Shown: positions 43,736-56,534, counted from the stretch's first letter. The stretch is DNA of 64,000 nucleotides from Somniosus microcephalus (GCA_052327205.1 CM126204.1:270506001-270570000), one strand, 5' to 3'. A program made the numbers and translations. Notes: generated by a model not told the origin, from the sequence alone.

Positions 43736-45648
43736 TTGTATGCAACTGTCCTGTGTTTTAGCAAGAGACAGCTATTTATGATGTATGTTACGTCGGTCTA
43801 ACTTCACTGCTCTGCTTAGCTTGTGTAGATTACTGATAGTACGGATTGGAGTGGGTTTAATATACCCATTTAATCAGAGCACCCATTTGGTTCAAAATTG
43901 AAATGTGCAATTATTATATGTCAGTTCTTTTTCTTGCTGCCAGCCCCAAAGCCATTGACTTAAGCTGGGGTGCAGCTACCAGGCTCCCTCTGGTCCAAGG
44001 ATATACTCACGAAGAGTGATCACAGGCAGCGAGCATTGGCAGGCTACGGGACCATGAGACACTGATGGTTGAGGCTAGTCCTGGCTTGCCAGTTGTCTGC
44101 ATGCGATCTCTTCCTGCAAGGGTCACTAGATAGCGTTCAGCACGGGAACTTGTTTTTTTTTTGCCATCGGCAATTCTGAAGTCGTGCTACCAATGGAAGC
44201 GCCCTGCTGATGTCTCGGCTGAGGTCGGCTAAGTCAGGACAAATCGTCAGTCAAACTGTGGGTTTTCCAAGTCTGTATTGCTCAGTTCCACACCAGTGGT
44301 GCATTTGCCAACTGTGCAGCATCGAGAAGCTCTTGTTTGTCTTGACCAGTTTTCTGTTGGAGTTCTGCTGTAATGGTCATTGTGGGTGCAGCCTGGTGTA
44401 CTGCGTTCTGTAACATGCACCAACTATACCATTACTCGTGTGAGGAGTGTGTAATTGAGACTTTAAATTTCTGAGGCTTGAACTTCATTTTGTGGAAGGA
44501 ATTCTTTAACCATAATGACTAGAAATGGATCAGTTAGTTGCTGCGGTTTAGTATTGCTGTAGGTTTTGGCTGGAGTACGACATTCAGATGTGACGGGTGA
44601 CCGCCAAGTTGGCTTTGCATTGTTTTGAATCATTAGACACAGTTCAGTAAAAATTACTTTGAAAACTAGTGAAAATGATGGACTCGTTAGCTGGTTATAA
44701 TTCATTTTCATTGTGCATTAATGGGCGATATTACTAAAATGTTGTTAGAATGCTTATAAGTTTCCCTATATTCTGTACTGCTTGGATTTAATTTAAAAAA
44801 TACTGTATATAGTGACCAAGAGGGAATGTTGTTTTGAGAATGTGAAGTTGTGGCATTTCCACCCTATTAGTTGATGGCCTCCTGTCAGTTGTTCCATGTG
44901 TCCAAGCAGCACCTTCCCAGGGGTTAGCAGCAGGTAGAATCTCTTTGTCTGCCTTTCCCCTCCGGTCTTGAAGGTGCGGACAGGTCATTGCTCAGTTCCA
45001 CAAGTAACAGCAGCACTTGTGTACCTCGCCCAAGTGGACCGTCTTCCTGTGTGAGCCTCAGCAGACATTATTGGCAGGCTATTTGACTGTGGAAGGTATG
45101 CCAGACGAATCTGATGCTGTTGTCATTCAGCATGCACTTTCCAGTGATGGCCGTTAAATTTCCTTTTCCCTGGCTTGGTGTTGCTGAGACCAATTTTAGT
45201 GACCCTATTATCACCCTGGCTGAGTTCAGCTAACTCGGCACAGATGCGGGAATCGAACGTGCGTGCGGCCTTCTGCTCTCTACTTCATTGGGTTTAAGGC
45301 GCTTTGGAACGTCCTGAGTTCGTGAAAGGCGTGCAATAAATGCAAGTCTTTTTGACTCAGTACCGTGTGGAGTAACCCATTTATCGTCTGCGCCACAAGG
45401 CGAGCTTTGAAATCAACTTTTAAAGGAGACTTCTGTTGTGGAAGTTATACTCTGGAAATTTCTAATGTAGGGAGCAGACAAGGTAGGTGTGTAGAGATTA
45501 TTGAAACACTAATAAATGGGTATATTAAACCCACTCCAATCTGTACTATCAGAATCCACACAAGCTAAGCAGAGCAGTGAAGTTAGACTGACGTCACATA
45601 CATCATAAATAGCTGTCTCTTGCTAAAACACGGGACAGTTGCATACAA
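43736..45648. repeat. Long inverted repeat, arms 43736-43872 and 45513-45648
   Basis: Arms are reverse complements with 5 substitutions and 1 indel over ~137 bp. Confidence 0.93.
43925..44332 (-). mobile_element. LF-SINE-like element, near full length
   Basis: Contains gcaagggtcactagatagcg, tctcggctgaggtcggctaagtcag and gtattgctcagttccacaccagtggtgcattt. Confidence 0.7.
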
Positions 45649-46214
45649 CTGTAGAGTAGGGGAAGAAACGGAGAGTAAACTGAGAAGAATCAACCCCTCG
45701 GGTTCCTTAACCCAGTATCCTAGAGTGGACTGTAGTCATGGCTGAGCAGCATTTGTTATGCATCAGATTAATTTGGCTTAAACATATTTGCAGATTTTAG
45801 TAAAAATTAAAAAAAAAAAAAAAAAAACAATTTTGGAATAAAAGCATTGAATGGTGGAAATGTATTGTGGGTGGATTAGCATTGGAAAGAGTAGGGACAG
45901 GTTAATGTTTTGCCTGTGGAGGAAAGGGGAGCAGTTCTGCCAAGTTTTTGTACAGATTTGAGTACTGATCCTAGGTTACAGTGCAGCGTCAGAAGTGGGC
46001 TGCATAGTGCAAACGAGACTGCATCATCTGAAGCCTAAGGTAGGGATGTAAAAGGCGCTGAATGGCCACACCGTCCCAGGCAACCAGCCAGTATGTTTAT
46101 ACTCCTGGTATCTTGGAAATGGTATCAGTGATACAAGTAAACACTTGATACAGCATTGTATGGCTGATACTCTGGTGTTACACATGCAACAGATGGTTGG
46201 ATGTGTTTTTTTAC

Positions 46215-46620
46215 AGCTCCCCCAATAGCTCCGCAAGTATCTGAGCTGTACAAACCAGAAATCCCAGATTTGATCCTCGAGCTGACGGCTGAATTCAGCT
46301 GGGATGTGGGTGCTGGGGTGGGGGGTCACCGTAATGGGCCTTATTTTTACCTGAGTTAGAGAGGGGAAAATGAGCCAAGTTTTCTGCTCCACATGGGTCT
46401 TGCTGGAAAGTGCATATGTGTGGATCTTCAGTGAGAACTTGATCTGGGTCAGTTTTGGAACCCACTAAAATCAACATCGGCAAAGCTGATCCATCACTGC
46501 TGCCTGTTTGGGAAATGTACCTGAACACTTGCGGAACTGTGACCCAGTAACAAATCATCTTCAAGAGAGGTAGGAAAGCAAAAATGGCAAGAAAAAGAGG
46601 GCAAAAAAAAGTGTGTGAAA
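46215..46620 (+). mobile_element. LF-SINE-like element
   Basis: Contains ctgagctgtacaaaccagaaatcccagatttgatcc, gaggggaaaatgagcca, gctggaaagtgcatatgtgtgg and tcttcaagagaggtagg. Confidence 0.65.
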
Positions 46621-47344
46621 CCAAGTGACAATTGGGACTGTGTACTATTTTGTCTAAACTGGATGGTTAAAGGAAATAAGTCCTATGTTGGGAACAAAAG
46701 TTTCAAATTTGTGCTCTGAGATCATTTATAACTGATCATTGTTGGAACTCGTAGAGTGCCTCAAATGTGCAGGTGCTGATGTGGCATAAGGAATTGCTCA
46801 GGTTGGTGGGTTAAAGTATGGTGTCAGTTTATCGGGATTTGAATGCAAATTGTTTTGAAACCTTTCTGTAGTGAACTTAATTGAAACTTTTGTGAGATGT
46901 TTCATTCTGTGTGAATTTGTGGATGAATAGATTCAATTGTATGAAGGAGGTACAGTTAAGTGTTCTGTGAGGAAAATTGCTGACTAATGGCTTGCTGACA
47001 GTACACAGAAGCTGACTTGGGTGTAACTCTGATAACTGCATTTAAATGTCAGGCAGAACATTGAAAATAGTCTGCGTATTTTACCGCAGGCGTGTTCTAA
47101 ATGTTGGGATGCATTAAATTTACAAAATACATAATCCTTTGCTCTCATTTCCCCCCTGCCCCCACCCCAAGCACCAGGCACCTCTGTCACTTGCCATCCC
47201 TGCTGACACTAGATTGTATACTATTGTTGACACTGCTGTAACTGGCTGGCATGAGATGCACGAGAGGAGCTGTGGTGGCTGTACTGCGCCTCTGTGGATT
47301 CACCGCCCCTGAGGAGCACCTCCCTGAAATGGTATAGTTATCAA

Positions 47345-47775
47345 AAAAAAAGAGTTGCACTTATATGGCATCTTATGTGCATCATGTTCTAAAGGGCTTC
47401 ACCGACAATTAATTAATTTGAAGTGCAGTTACTGTTGAGGGCAAACGTCGTAGCCATTTTCTGGACAGCAAGAATCCACAAACAGCAGTGAGATGATGGG
47501 TCCATTAATTACTTTTGGTGGTAGAGATGGCTAGAACACTTTCCTCCTCTTCAAGTCATTCAATTGGATCTTCAACGTTCACTTGAACCACTGGAACAAG
47601 TAACTACCTGGTCCTTAGTTTAATGTCTCACCTGAAGGGCAGCACCTCTGGCAATGCAGTTACTGCCTCAGTGCTGCACTGGAGTGTTAGCCTTGGTTAT
47701 CAGCTCAAGTCCCGGAGTGTGTCTTGAATCCAGAAGTTTCTGATTCAGAAGCTAAAGTATTAACCAACTGCGTCA
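47345..47775 (-). mobile_element. SacSINE1-type DeuSINE (older copy)
   Basis: Reverse complement of 12343-12770, with tail agttgcacttatatggc and head cttgaatccagaagtttctgattcaga. Confidence 0.7.
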
Positions 47776-48240
47776 AGGTGTTGCCCAATCACTGGTAATG
47801 GTATGTGGAGAATTATGCAGACAAATGTCTTAAAACTCATTACCCCAGCAAAACAAAACTAGTACAGTGCACCATTTCAGTGCATTTAACGTCATGTAGC
47901 CGCAGAGCTTTTACTATTGAACTTCAAAAATATTTTTCTCTTTCCTGGAGGAGTTGAGTTGTGTTGGAATCCTGTTCTGTGAGGACCTCCTAGTACATCA
48001 TCCAAGTGGCCATTCTTTGTACGTGTGATCCCAGATTGAGAGTGTCAGCAGGCTAATTGACCATGTATGGCATCCCAGGAGAGGCCAACCCTGCCCTCAA
48101 CTGATGTGCTCGTATGTCACTGGGTATTGATTGGAAGTGGGTACCCTGGCTGACACTTTTCATCATTAGCTCAAAGGTGCTGAGGCCACTAGTAGTGGTC
48201 CAACTGCTACCACAGCTGAGATCGAACACCAGTTAGCTTG

Positions 48241-48432
48241 GAAATAACAACAGAAGACGCTGGAAAAACTCAGCAGGCCAGGCAACATCAGTGGAGAGAG
48301 AAATAGTCAACGTTTCAGGTCGAAACCCTTCTTGGTTTCGACCTGAAACATTGACTCTTTCTCTCTCCATGGATGTTGCCTGGCCTGCTGAGTTTTTCCA
48401 GCGTCTTCTGTTGTTATTTCGGATTTCCAGCA
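48241..48432. mobile_element. Penelope pLTR-derived fold-back element (87-bp arms, 6-nt loop) with 16-bp target-site duplication
   Basis: Arms 48241-48327 and 48334-48420 differ at 4 positions. accagttagcttggaa occurs at 48228-48243 and 48433-48448. The sequence matches the PLE 3' region at 23830-23915. Confidence 0.9.
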
Positions 48433-50938
48433 ACCAGTTAGCTTGGAATGCTCATTTTGCACCAGAATTAACATGAGTAGGAATCTTTCGTTTGTCTTGA
48501 AACCTGAATGACCCGTGCAAATATCAACATTCATGTCAACAAAATGTCTACTGTTATTAAAATGAATGCAAACAGTGGATACTGTGTATGTTGCTATAAT
48601 ACAGTCAGTGCTCTTAATGGCGAAAGAATCATAGAGATAGGTTATTAGGTCCATCAAGTCTGTGCCAGTGTTTTTCTCCCTATGCCACCTAGTATAATCC
48701 CAAGCTTCCCATACTCTCTTTAATTTCTCTCTTTTAAGCAACTATTTAATTTCCTTAAAGAGTTTGAGAACTCTGATGAAGTTTCACTGGAAGGAACATA
48801 GAAATATCCAAGTACAACAGGATCTCCAACACCGCCTCCAGGACAAGGCAGAAGGATGGGAAAATAGGTCCTGTAAACGATAACTTAAAAACAAATCTTT
48901 TCCATCCAAGAGGAATGGCCCCTTTCTTAGGCTCTCTTTAAAAGCGGCTCCCAAAATTGCACATTAGTAGTCAAATACAAGGAGTAGTGGAACCTCAATT
49001 ATTCACTAAAATGGATGGGGCGTTCGACAGATAATAGAACTGAGGGAGTAAAATTTAAAAAGGAGTGCGTATCTGTTTTATTAAAAAAAAATCTTGCAGA
49101 AACCTACATTTTGAGGCTTTTTTGCAGCCGAAAATCTGTTTCCCTCCTTCCTCGCCATAAAGTTACACAAATAAAACTACGGGAATCTAATAGAAATTTG
49201 ACACTTGTGTTAAATGATGCTTATTTATTAAATAAAGGAATCCTTTTACTTTTTAGAACTGGAAAGACAATATATGAACTCCCACCACAGTCAGATTATA
49301 AAAGTCACGCGTTCTGTACAGGTTCCTGGGTGGTTCTAGATTTAATCCAGCAGCCCTCGGAAGTAAGGCTGTGATACGCAAGATGTATGGCACAGACGCA
49401 CTGGGGTGTCAACAACCTAGGGTTTCCTTTCAGCTCTGCTCCTCCACGATCCTGGGATAGCTATGTACCAGTGTTTAGAGACAAGCCCTGGCGGTGATTC
49501 TCATGTTTACCCATCCCGCCTTCCCTGGTTTACCCGAGTTTTAGCTGATGTTTCACACAGATAAGTGTGTACATTTAATACATTTGAGAAATTTCTGGCC
49601 TTAATAGTTACTGGAAAATGTTTGCCGTATTCAACCCTATTATTTCCAAACAATTCTTAATCAAAACAGTAAATTAGAACGACCCATTGGATTAGTCTTC
49701 TGCATGGCGATGGCACTCAACGTGAGATGTCAAGACCGACCGGCCTCCTCTGAGCTTTGGGTGGTAGTGTTGTTTATCAGCACAGTGCAACAACTGGTTG
49801 AAGAGACACAGTCCAGCGCTTGATTTCCCCCCACCCCCCACTGATTTAAAATATTGCTAACGGTGCAAGAAATCACCCCCCCCGCACCCCCCCCACCACC
49901 CACACTTTGAGCTAAAATGAGTGTTTGTTTGATTTTCGCAGCAGCAGAGCTGTGCGTAGCTGCTGCCCAGTGCGAGCTGCCTTTTGTTTGTAGAATGTTG
50001 CTCATGGTGTGCTCCCAGGATGACATAGCCACGTGTAATAGGGGCCAGCACTCTGCTCTGCTTTTGTGTTAGCTTGGGGGCAGCTATTGCTGGCTCAGTT
50101 GCACCCTGAGGTGTCTGACCCTCGCTGGGGGAGAAGGGTAGGGTTTTGGAGGGTGGGGTCAGCAGCCTTTCCTAGGGTAAAAGACCTCACAACAAATTTG
50201 TAGCTTTTGATGGTGTTCGGGCCTCAGTCCAGCTTCTTTCCACAATCTCTGTTTCTAAAGGACAAAAGGAAGACAAAAGAGGGAAATTTGCAATTCGTAT
50301 CGGGGGCTGCAGCATGACTTGCTTTGTGAACCACAAAAAACCCTCCAGTTATTTGGGCTCTTCTATTCAAACAGGGCATCTGTCCCTTATGTGCTCTTGG
50401 TGAAACATCGTAAACTCGATCCTTGCTTTCTGAAGTGGTGTTGTATCTGGATTTATTTGCTTTTTTTGGAGTTTAGAATGTTGGGGGAGGGTTAGTTAGC
50501 CATGACCCTGCTGAGATTTCTAGCGAGCGCTCAATGTTAAACCCTGATGCACAGTGGGGTGGAGGGGGGGGGAGGAAGGGGGAAGTGGAGTGTAAGGCAC
50601 TTTCCACCTCCCAGAATTTCACAATCTTTACTGAGATTGGATTTGTTTTGGCACTTGTAAAACATTCACTCGCTGAGCAGAGGAGCGAATGGCTTTAGCA
50701 AGGATTGCTGGATACTAAATATTAGGTTATTAACCTAATATTTGTATTCGGTTATTTAATTGCAATAAGTATATCAGCACAATAAACCTAACCTTAAAGC
50801 ACATGTTGGTTTGTTATTAAGTGTACTTAATTTTGACAAATGTGAGTCAGATTTAAAAAACACTGTGGTTTGGCCTGTTTGCCACCAAAATACCAAATTT
50901 AGACTATCCAGGTGGACCCGAAACAAGTGTTGGCAGAC

Positions 50939-51095
50939 ATAAAAACAGAAAATGCTGGAAATACTCAGCAGGTCAGGCAGCATCTGTAGAGAGAAGCAGT
51001 TTCTCGCCATAGATGCTGCCTGACCCGCTGAGTATTTCCAGCACTTTCTGTTTTTATTTCAGATTTCCAACATCCGCAGCATTTTGCTTTTGTAT
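50939..51095. mobile_element. Second Penelope pLTR-derived fold-back element with 14-bp TSD
   Basis: Arms ~50939-50987 and ~51009-51057. aagtgt(t/c)ggcagac occurs at 50925-50938 and 51096-51109. Confidence 0.85.
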
Positions 51096-52375
51096 AAGTG
51101 TCGGCAGACTGTTGACTATAGAAGATGTTGCAACTGAGGCTGATTCTGTCCTCGCCTAATGTGCACTTTCCAGCAGAGGTCACTGGATGGTGATCAGGAG
51201 TGGGAATCTTGGCTAATTTCAACCCCCCACCCCTTCCCAGACTGTACTACAGAGGCCAGTTGCAGCGCCCCTACAGTCACCCCAGCTAAGATCAGCTAAC
51301 TCCGCAGACCCTGTGACCTTCCTAGTCTGTGTGGCTCCATTCCGCTCCATTCCACTCCACGCAGGGCATTTACCTACTGAACCCTTCGTAGGGTCCAGCA
51401 GCTGACTCGTGAAAGGTGCTAAATAAATTAAACTGCAGCATCCCTATGGTCTGTTTTCATAGTGGGCCTAAAAATATTCGAGTTTTGAAACTTCTTAAGG
51501 AGTGACTTAAAAATTATCTGGTCTTATGCCTACTTTGTGACATTGTGGAGATTTTTTGCCATTCAGGAGGTTTCTTTGTTAGAAGCTAGGACTTCATTTT
51601 TAAACTCTGTTGCTAACCCCTTCCCCCACCGCCCCCCCCCCCCCCCCTCCCTCCCCCAGAGCTGCGCCAGATGCCAAGGATTTATCTTGCATTGCTGCCT
51701 GGTTTGTCAGCAAACACTAAATTATCACTTCAAAAGCTCTTCATCAGATCTTAACCAAACTGTTGTAAGTACCTTTCTCATAGTTCAGTATTGGCCCTGT
51801 GCTCTGTTTACATGTCTGTAGGAAGGGATGTTCCTCCTTCCCAGATTCTTGCCAGACCTGACAAATGACTTCCTTTTGTCTGTTCTTTATGGAACTCATC
51901 TGGGACAGCATTGGTGTATCATCAGGCAGACTGCACCTGTAGATATTGTACTTCAGCACAAATTCCCTCACCTCAGGCGAAACACAGAAATGTTTCATTT
52001 GTATTTGGTTTGTACCACAATTATAACTTGGAATGTAATTCTCACATTTGAAAATCGTACGTTGACCTGCAGCCACTCTAAATGTTATTGACATCTTAAC
52101 TATTTCCTGAATGATTTCTACAAATTTTATCTGCATTTTTGACGGTTTAAAAAAAGTTAAGATATCTAAATTAACCACTGCCTCACCTCCACCTTTGATG
52201 TTCTTGTGCCCTGGCTTCTTGTCTCTACTACCAACCGTCTCCTTAAACGCCTCTTACAGCACCCACCCACCCCCCCGCCCTCCACCAATTGCGAGGAATT
52301 CATGGATTTCTTTGTCACTAAGATTGAGACTCTCATCAGCTGCCACTGCTGCTTCCCGCCACTTCCGTTTGCCTC

Positions 52376-52622
52376 CAACAACAGCAGCAGCAGCTTGTAT
52401 TTATATAGTGCCTTTAATGTAGTGAAATGTCCCAAGGCGCTTCACAGGAGCGTTATCAAACATAAACTTAACATCGAGTCACATAAGGAGATATTAGGGT
52501 AGATGAGAGGTAGGTTTTAAGGAACGTCTTAAAGAAGGAAAGAAAGGCGGAGAGGTTTAGGGAGTGAATTCCAGAGCTTTAGGGCTTTGGCAGATGAAGG
52601 CACGGCCGCCAGTGGTGGAGCT
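52376..52622 (-). mobile_element. Younger L2 3' end nested in the older L2
   Basis: Reverse complement resembles the 14500-14905 tail. Flanked by cttcc(g/c)tttgcc at 52362-52373 and 52627-52638. Confidence 0.8.
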
Positions 52623-54072
52623 AAAGCTTCCCTTTGCCAAAGCCCTGATGCTGCATCCTTCTCAAGTTTCTTTCCAATCTCCCCTCATCCGGTCTCCAAG
52701 CTGATTTTGTCTAAGTTCCACCTCCTGTTCCCTTGACCCCATTCCCACTAAACCGCTGACCACTCAACTTCCCTTCTTGGGCCCCCATGCTGGCTGACAT
52801 TGTAAATAGCTCCCTCTCTTTTAAAACAGCCGACCACCCCCCCTTCAAAATACCTACCCTCAACTCCTTTATTATTGCAAACTAACACCCCATCCCCAAC
52901 CTCCCATTCTTCTCCAAAGTTGTTGAATGTGTCGCCTTCCAAATCTATGTCCACCTTTTCTGCAACTCCATGTTTGAGTTTCTCGGGTTTCTCCTCCTGC
53001 CACAGCACTGAAACACTACCAATCTAAGTCACAAATTACATCATCTGTCACTGTGACCATGGTGCATTTTCACTCCTTGACCACTCTGCAACCTTTGACA
53101 TGGTCAATCATGGCCAATGCCTCTCCTCTGTTGTCCAACTTGGTTTCACTTTTACCTATCAAGTCATAGCCAGTGCATCGCCAGCAACAGCATCTCTTCT
53201 GGCCGTTGCACTGTTGCCTCAAAGTCCCCAAGGATCTATCCTTGGCCCCCTCGACAACTTCATCTACATGCTACCCTAGTGACATCATCCACAGACATGA
53301 GGTTAGCTTCCACATGTACACTAATGACACCCAGCTCTATGTCTCCTCCACTTCGCTCAACCCTTCCGCTGCGCCTCTGTAGTTTGATATCCAGTCCTGG
53401 ATGAACTGCAATTTCCTCCAGTTAAACATTGGGAAGACTGAAGACATCGTCTTTGACCCCCCCTGCAAAAACTCTATGCTCTTGCCACCGATTCCATTTC
53501 CCTCCATGGTCACTGTGTCAGGTTATATCAGACTGTTCGCAGCCACGGCATTCTATTCTAGCTGAGCTTCCAACTCTATCTTCTCCATCACAACATTGCC
53601 CATCTGCTGCTGAAACTCTCAGCCATGCCTTTGTTGCCTCCGGACACAATGATGCCAGTGCTCTCCTGCCTGGCCTGTCGTCCTCCATGCTCTGTAACTG
53701 TCAGCTCATACAAAACTCTGCCCGTATCCTGTGCCACTCACCCTTCACTCCTGCCTTTGGTGACCTACGTTGGCACCCGGCCCTCCAACACCTCCAATTT
53801 AAAATTCTCATTCTTGTGTTTAAATCCCTTCATGGCCTTCCCCCTCCCTATCTCTGTAATCTCCTCCGACCTTGCACCCCTTCCCTCCACCACTCCCAAG
53901 AACTCACTGCTTCGAATATGGCGCAGCCCTCTCTTTTTATCGTCCAGCTATTGGCAGAAGTGTCCTCAGTGGTCGAGACTCATCCTCTGGAATTCCCTCC
54001 CTGAATCCCTCCACATTCTTCTTCTACTTAAAACCCACCTCTAAACAAGCTTTTCGACACCGCTCCTAATTC

Positions 54073-54562
54073 TTCTTGGGCAGTCCCTCGGGAACTGAGG
54101 ATGACTTGTTTCCGCATTAAAAATGAGTTCGCAGGTGACTGATGAGTCCAATGCGGGACCCACAGTGTCTGTCACAGGTGGGGCAGACAGTGGTTGAAGG
54201 GGCGGGTGGGTGGGGTGCTTGGGTTGACGTGCGCTCCTTGCGTTGTCTGCGCTTGGCTTCCGCTTGCTCTCGGCGAAGAGACTCGAGGTGTTCGGCGCCT
54301 TCCCGGATGCTTTTCCTCCACTTTGTGCGGTCTTGGGCCAGAGATTCCCAGGTGTCGATGGGGATGTTGCATTTTTTCAAGGAGGCTTTGAGGCTGTCCT
54401 TGAAGCGTTTCCTCTGCCCACCTGGGGCTCTCTTGCCGTGTTGGAGCTCCGAGTAGAGCACTTGTTTTGGGAGTCTCGTATCGGGCATGCGGACGATGTG
54501 ACCCGTCCATCGGAGCTGATCGAGCGTGGTCAAAGCTTCGATGCTGGGGATGTTGGCCTAAT
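54073..54562 (-). mobile_element. 5'-truncated RTE-clade LINE 3' end with 14-bp TSD
   Basis: Reads QLRWTGHIVRMPDTRLPKQVLYSEL...GGQRKRFKDSLK...CPTCDRHCGSRIGLISHLRTH with an (AAG)n tail. accg(c/t)tcctaattc occurs at 54059-54072 and 54563-54576. Confidence 0.92.
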
Positions 54563-56534
54563 ACCGTTCCTAATTCCTTCCTTGGTTCGGCATCCAATTT
54601 TGTCTGGTTATACCTCTGTGAAGCAGCTTTGGACATCTTTCTATGTTAAAGGCGCTATAATAATGCACGTTATTTGTTTCAGGGCGTGAAATACGCAGAT
54701 TAAATGCTTACAAGTTTATATAATGACACTTCTTTCAAAAGCTCTGCAGGGTTGGGGTTTCTTTTGCAGGGTTTTCTGCAGTAATACTTTGTTCTAATTC
54801 AGTGTTAACATTTTACAACCGTGCAAAAACAACAGACAGGAAATGACCAACTTGTACATTAAGTCTGTCCCATACCATCATGGTGCAACTTAGGCATGCC
54901 ATGACCCCCATCTGATTACCCACCCAACAGCCATGCAATCTCCTGGGAGAGGCAAAAAAGTCATTGAAAAAAACTCTCGGCCAAATCTGGAGGGGGTGGG
55001 TGAGGGGGAGACTTGCACATTTTCCTGTTGTTTTTTATGCTGACTAAATCAATCAGACCCCTCCTTTATTACAAAAATGTCTGCCTTGATAATTTAGATG
55101 AACCTTGTGATTTTTTTCTCTCTCTCTGGTAAATGTGGTGAGCTCCCAATTTCCGGCTTGGCCCAGGATGTAACTCGGCCCAATTTGGAGCGATGAAGAG
55201 GAAACTTGCACCTTGGCATGGGTTCAGATCTGAAGCTAAAAGTCCCATTATTCCTGTCGACATGCACATTCCCTCAACCTGCCTTCTCCCCAGTGTGGAT
55301 GATAACTGAAGTAACCCTCAATTTGGCTTTGGATTTTTTTCAGTCAGTACCTGCTTGCAAAAGAGCGAGATGGGAGGGAATTGCCAGAGCACGGTGCTAA
55401 CCGTTGCCTGTTTGTGAGGTGGTAATTTGGTGGCACAGTTTTCTGAGCATTAATACCTCATTCAGCCATGAGTTTCTGGTACTTGTCAATAGTAAACATG
55501 TTGTGAAAGGAGAAAACTAAGGCACCAAATAATTGTAAACTCCAATATTTGGTTTCCTTGCATCTGCAAAGAGGAGCAAAAATACCTTACAAAATGAATG
55601 CTTTCTGTTTAACCCAGAGGACCATTAACTTTGAGAAATCAGCAGCAGCATTTTGTCAGCAGATGCATTGCTATTGACCTGTATTTGGCTGGGGGGGGGG
55701 GGTGAAAACTAGAAATGGTCATGTAGGATTGGATCTATTTATTAATTATAGAGGATACATTGACTTGCGATATATTCAGAGGAGAGAGAACATATAATCG
55801 TAAATTAAAAATTAAGCTGTGTTGCAAAATGATTTTTGAGCTGGTAGGTTTCTTCATTTTTATATAGTAAACTCAAGTGTTTTTCTTTTCTCAAGCTTAT
55901 CTCAAAAATAAGATGTAAATTGATGATCTTTGAGATGTTCCTTGATGCTGAGGACCAGGCCCTTGGAAAATTAAGTGGTTCCTTTGTATTCACAGTGAGG
56001 CGATGATGGAATTGTGGACAGGAAGCTTCCCTATCTATAAACAGTCTGGTAAATCGGAAGTGCTAAATAAAAGCAAAATAATGCAATAAAATGAGAAAAG
56101 AGGTTAATGTTTCATGGGGAGACCCTCGTCAGAAATGCAAAGTCTTGGTGCTTTAATATTCTACATGGCTGCATAAAGTAATTTGATATTTTATGGAACA
56201 GCTCTTCAAAGGTTGAAGTAAATTGTTGTCTTGCTTAACCTACCCATGGGTTGCTGGTAAAGCAGGGAAGTTAACTTGTTGCTTGCCTTTGCCTCCTGCT
56301 GCACACAGGTTGGCTTGTGCAGCAGTAAATATGTGCATTTTTTGGTGCCAGGAGTACTTAAAGCCAGCAAAATGGAGGTGACCTTGTCCTCCGAACCAAG
56401 TTAGCTGCAGGTGTATCTGTTGCCAACCGGATTCGGTGCATGGAATAAATGGTCATTGGTGACTTTTGAGCTTGTCTGCAGTTATTATAATTTGGGTGTA
56501 ATTATTTCTCATCTTTTACTGACTTTTCACAGGG

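Larger units (their letters stand above)
52170..54680 (+). mobile_element. Degenerate L2 LINE (RT to 3' tail) carrying two nested insertions
   Basis: Motifs CEEFMDFFVTKIET, VPKDLSLAP (VPQGSILGP), FHMYTNDTQLY (YADDTQLY), AETLSHAFV, FKILILVFKSLHGL and LWNSLP. L2 tail at ~54615-54675. Confidence 0.85.

Noticed and set aside
48795-49050. Unusual-composition stretch that looked coding
   Set aside because: The translations I checked on both strands gave no recognisable protein or splice pattern.
49930-49990. Possible SSBP3 exon 5 after ttttcgcag
   Set aside because: No frame encodes the expected SAAAAPSPVLGNIPP sequence. Exon 5 must lie beyond the window.
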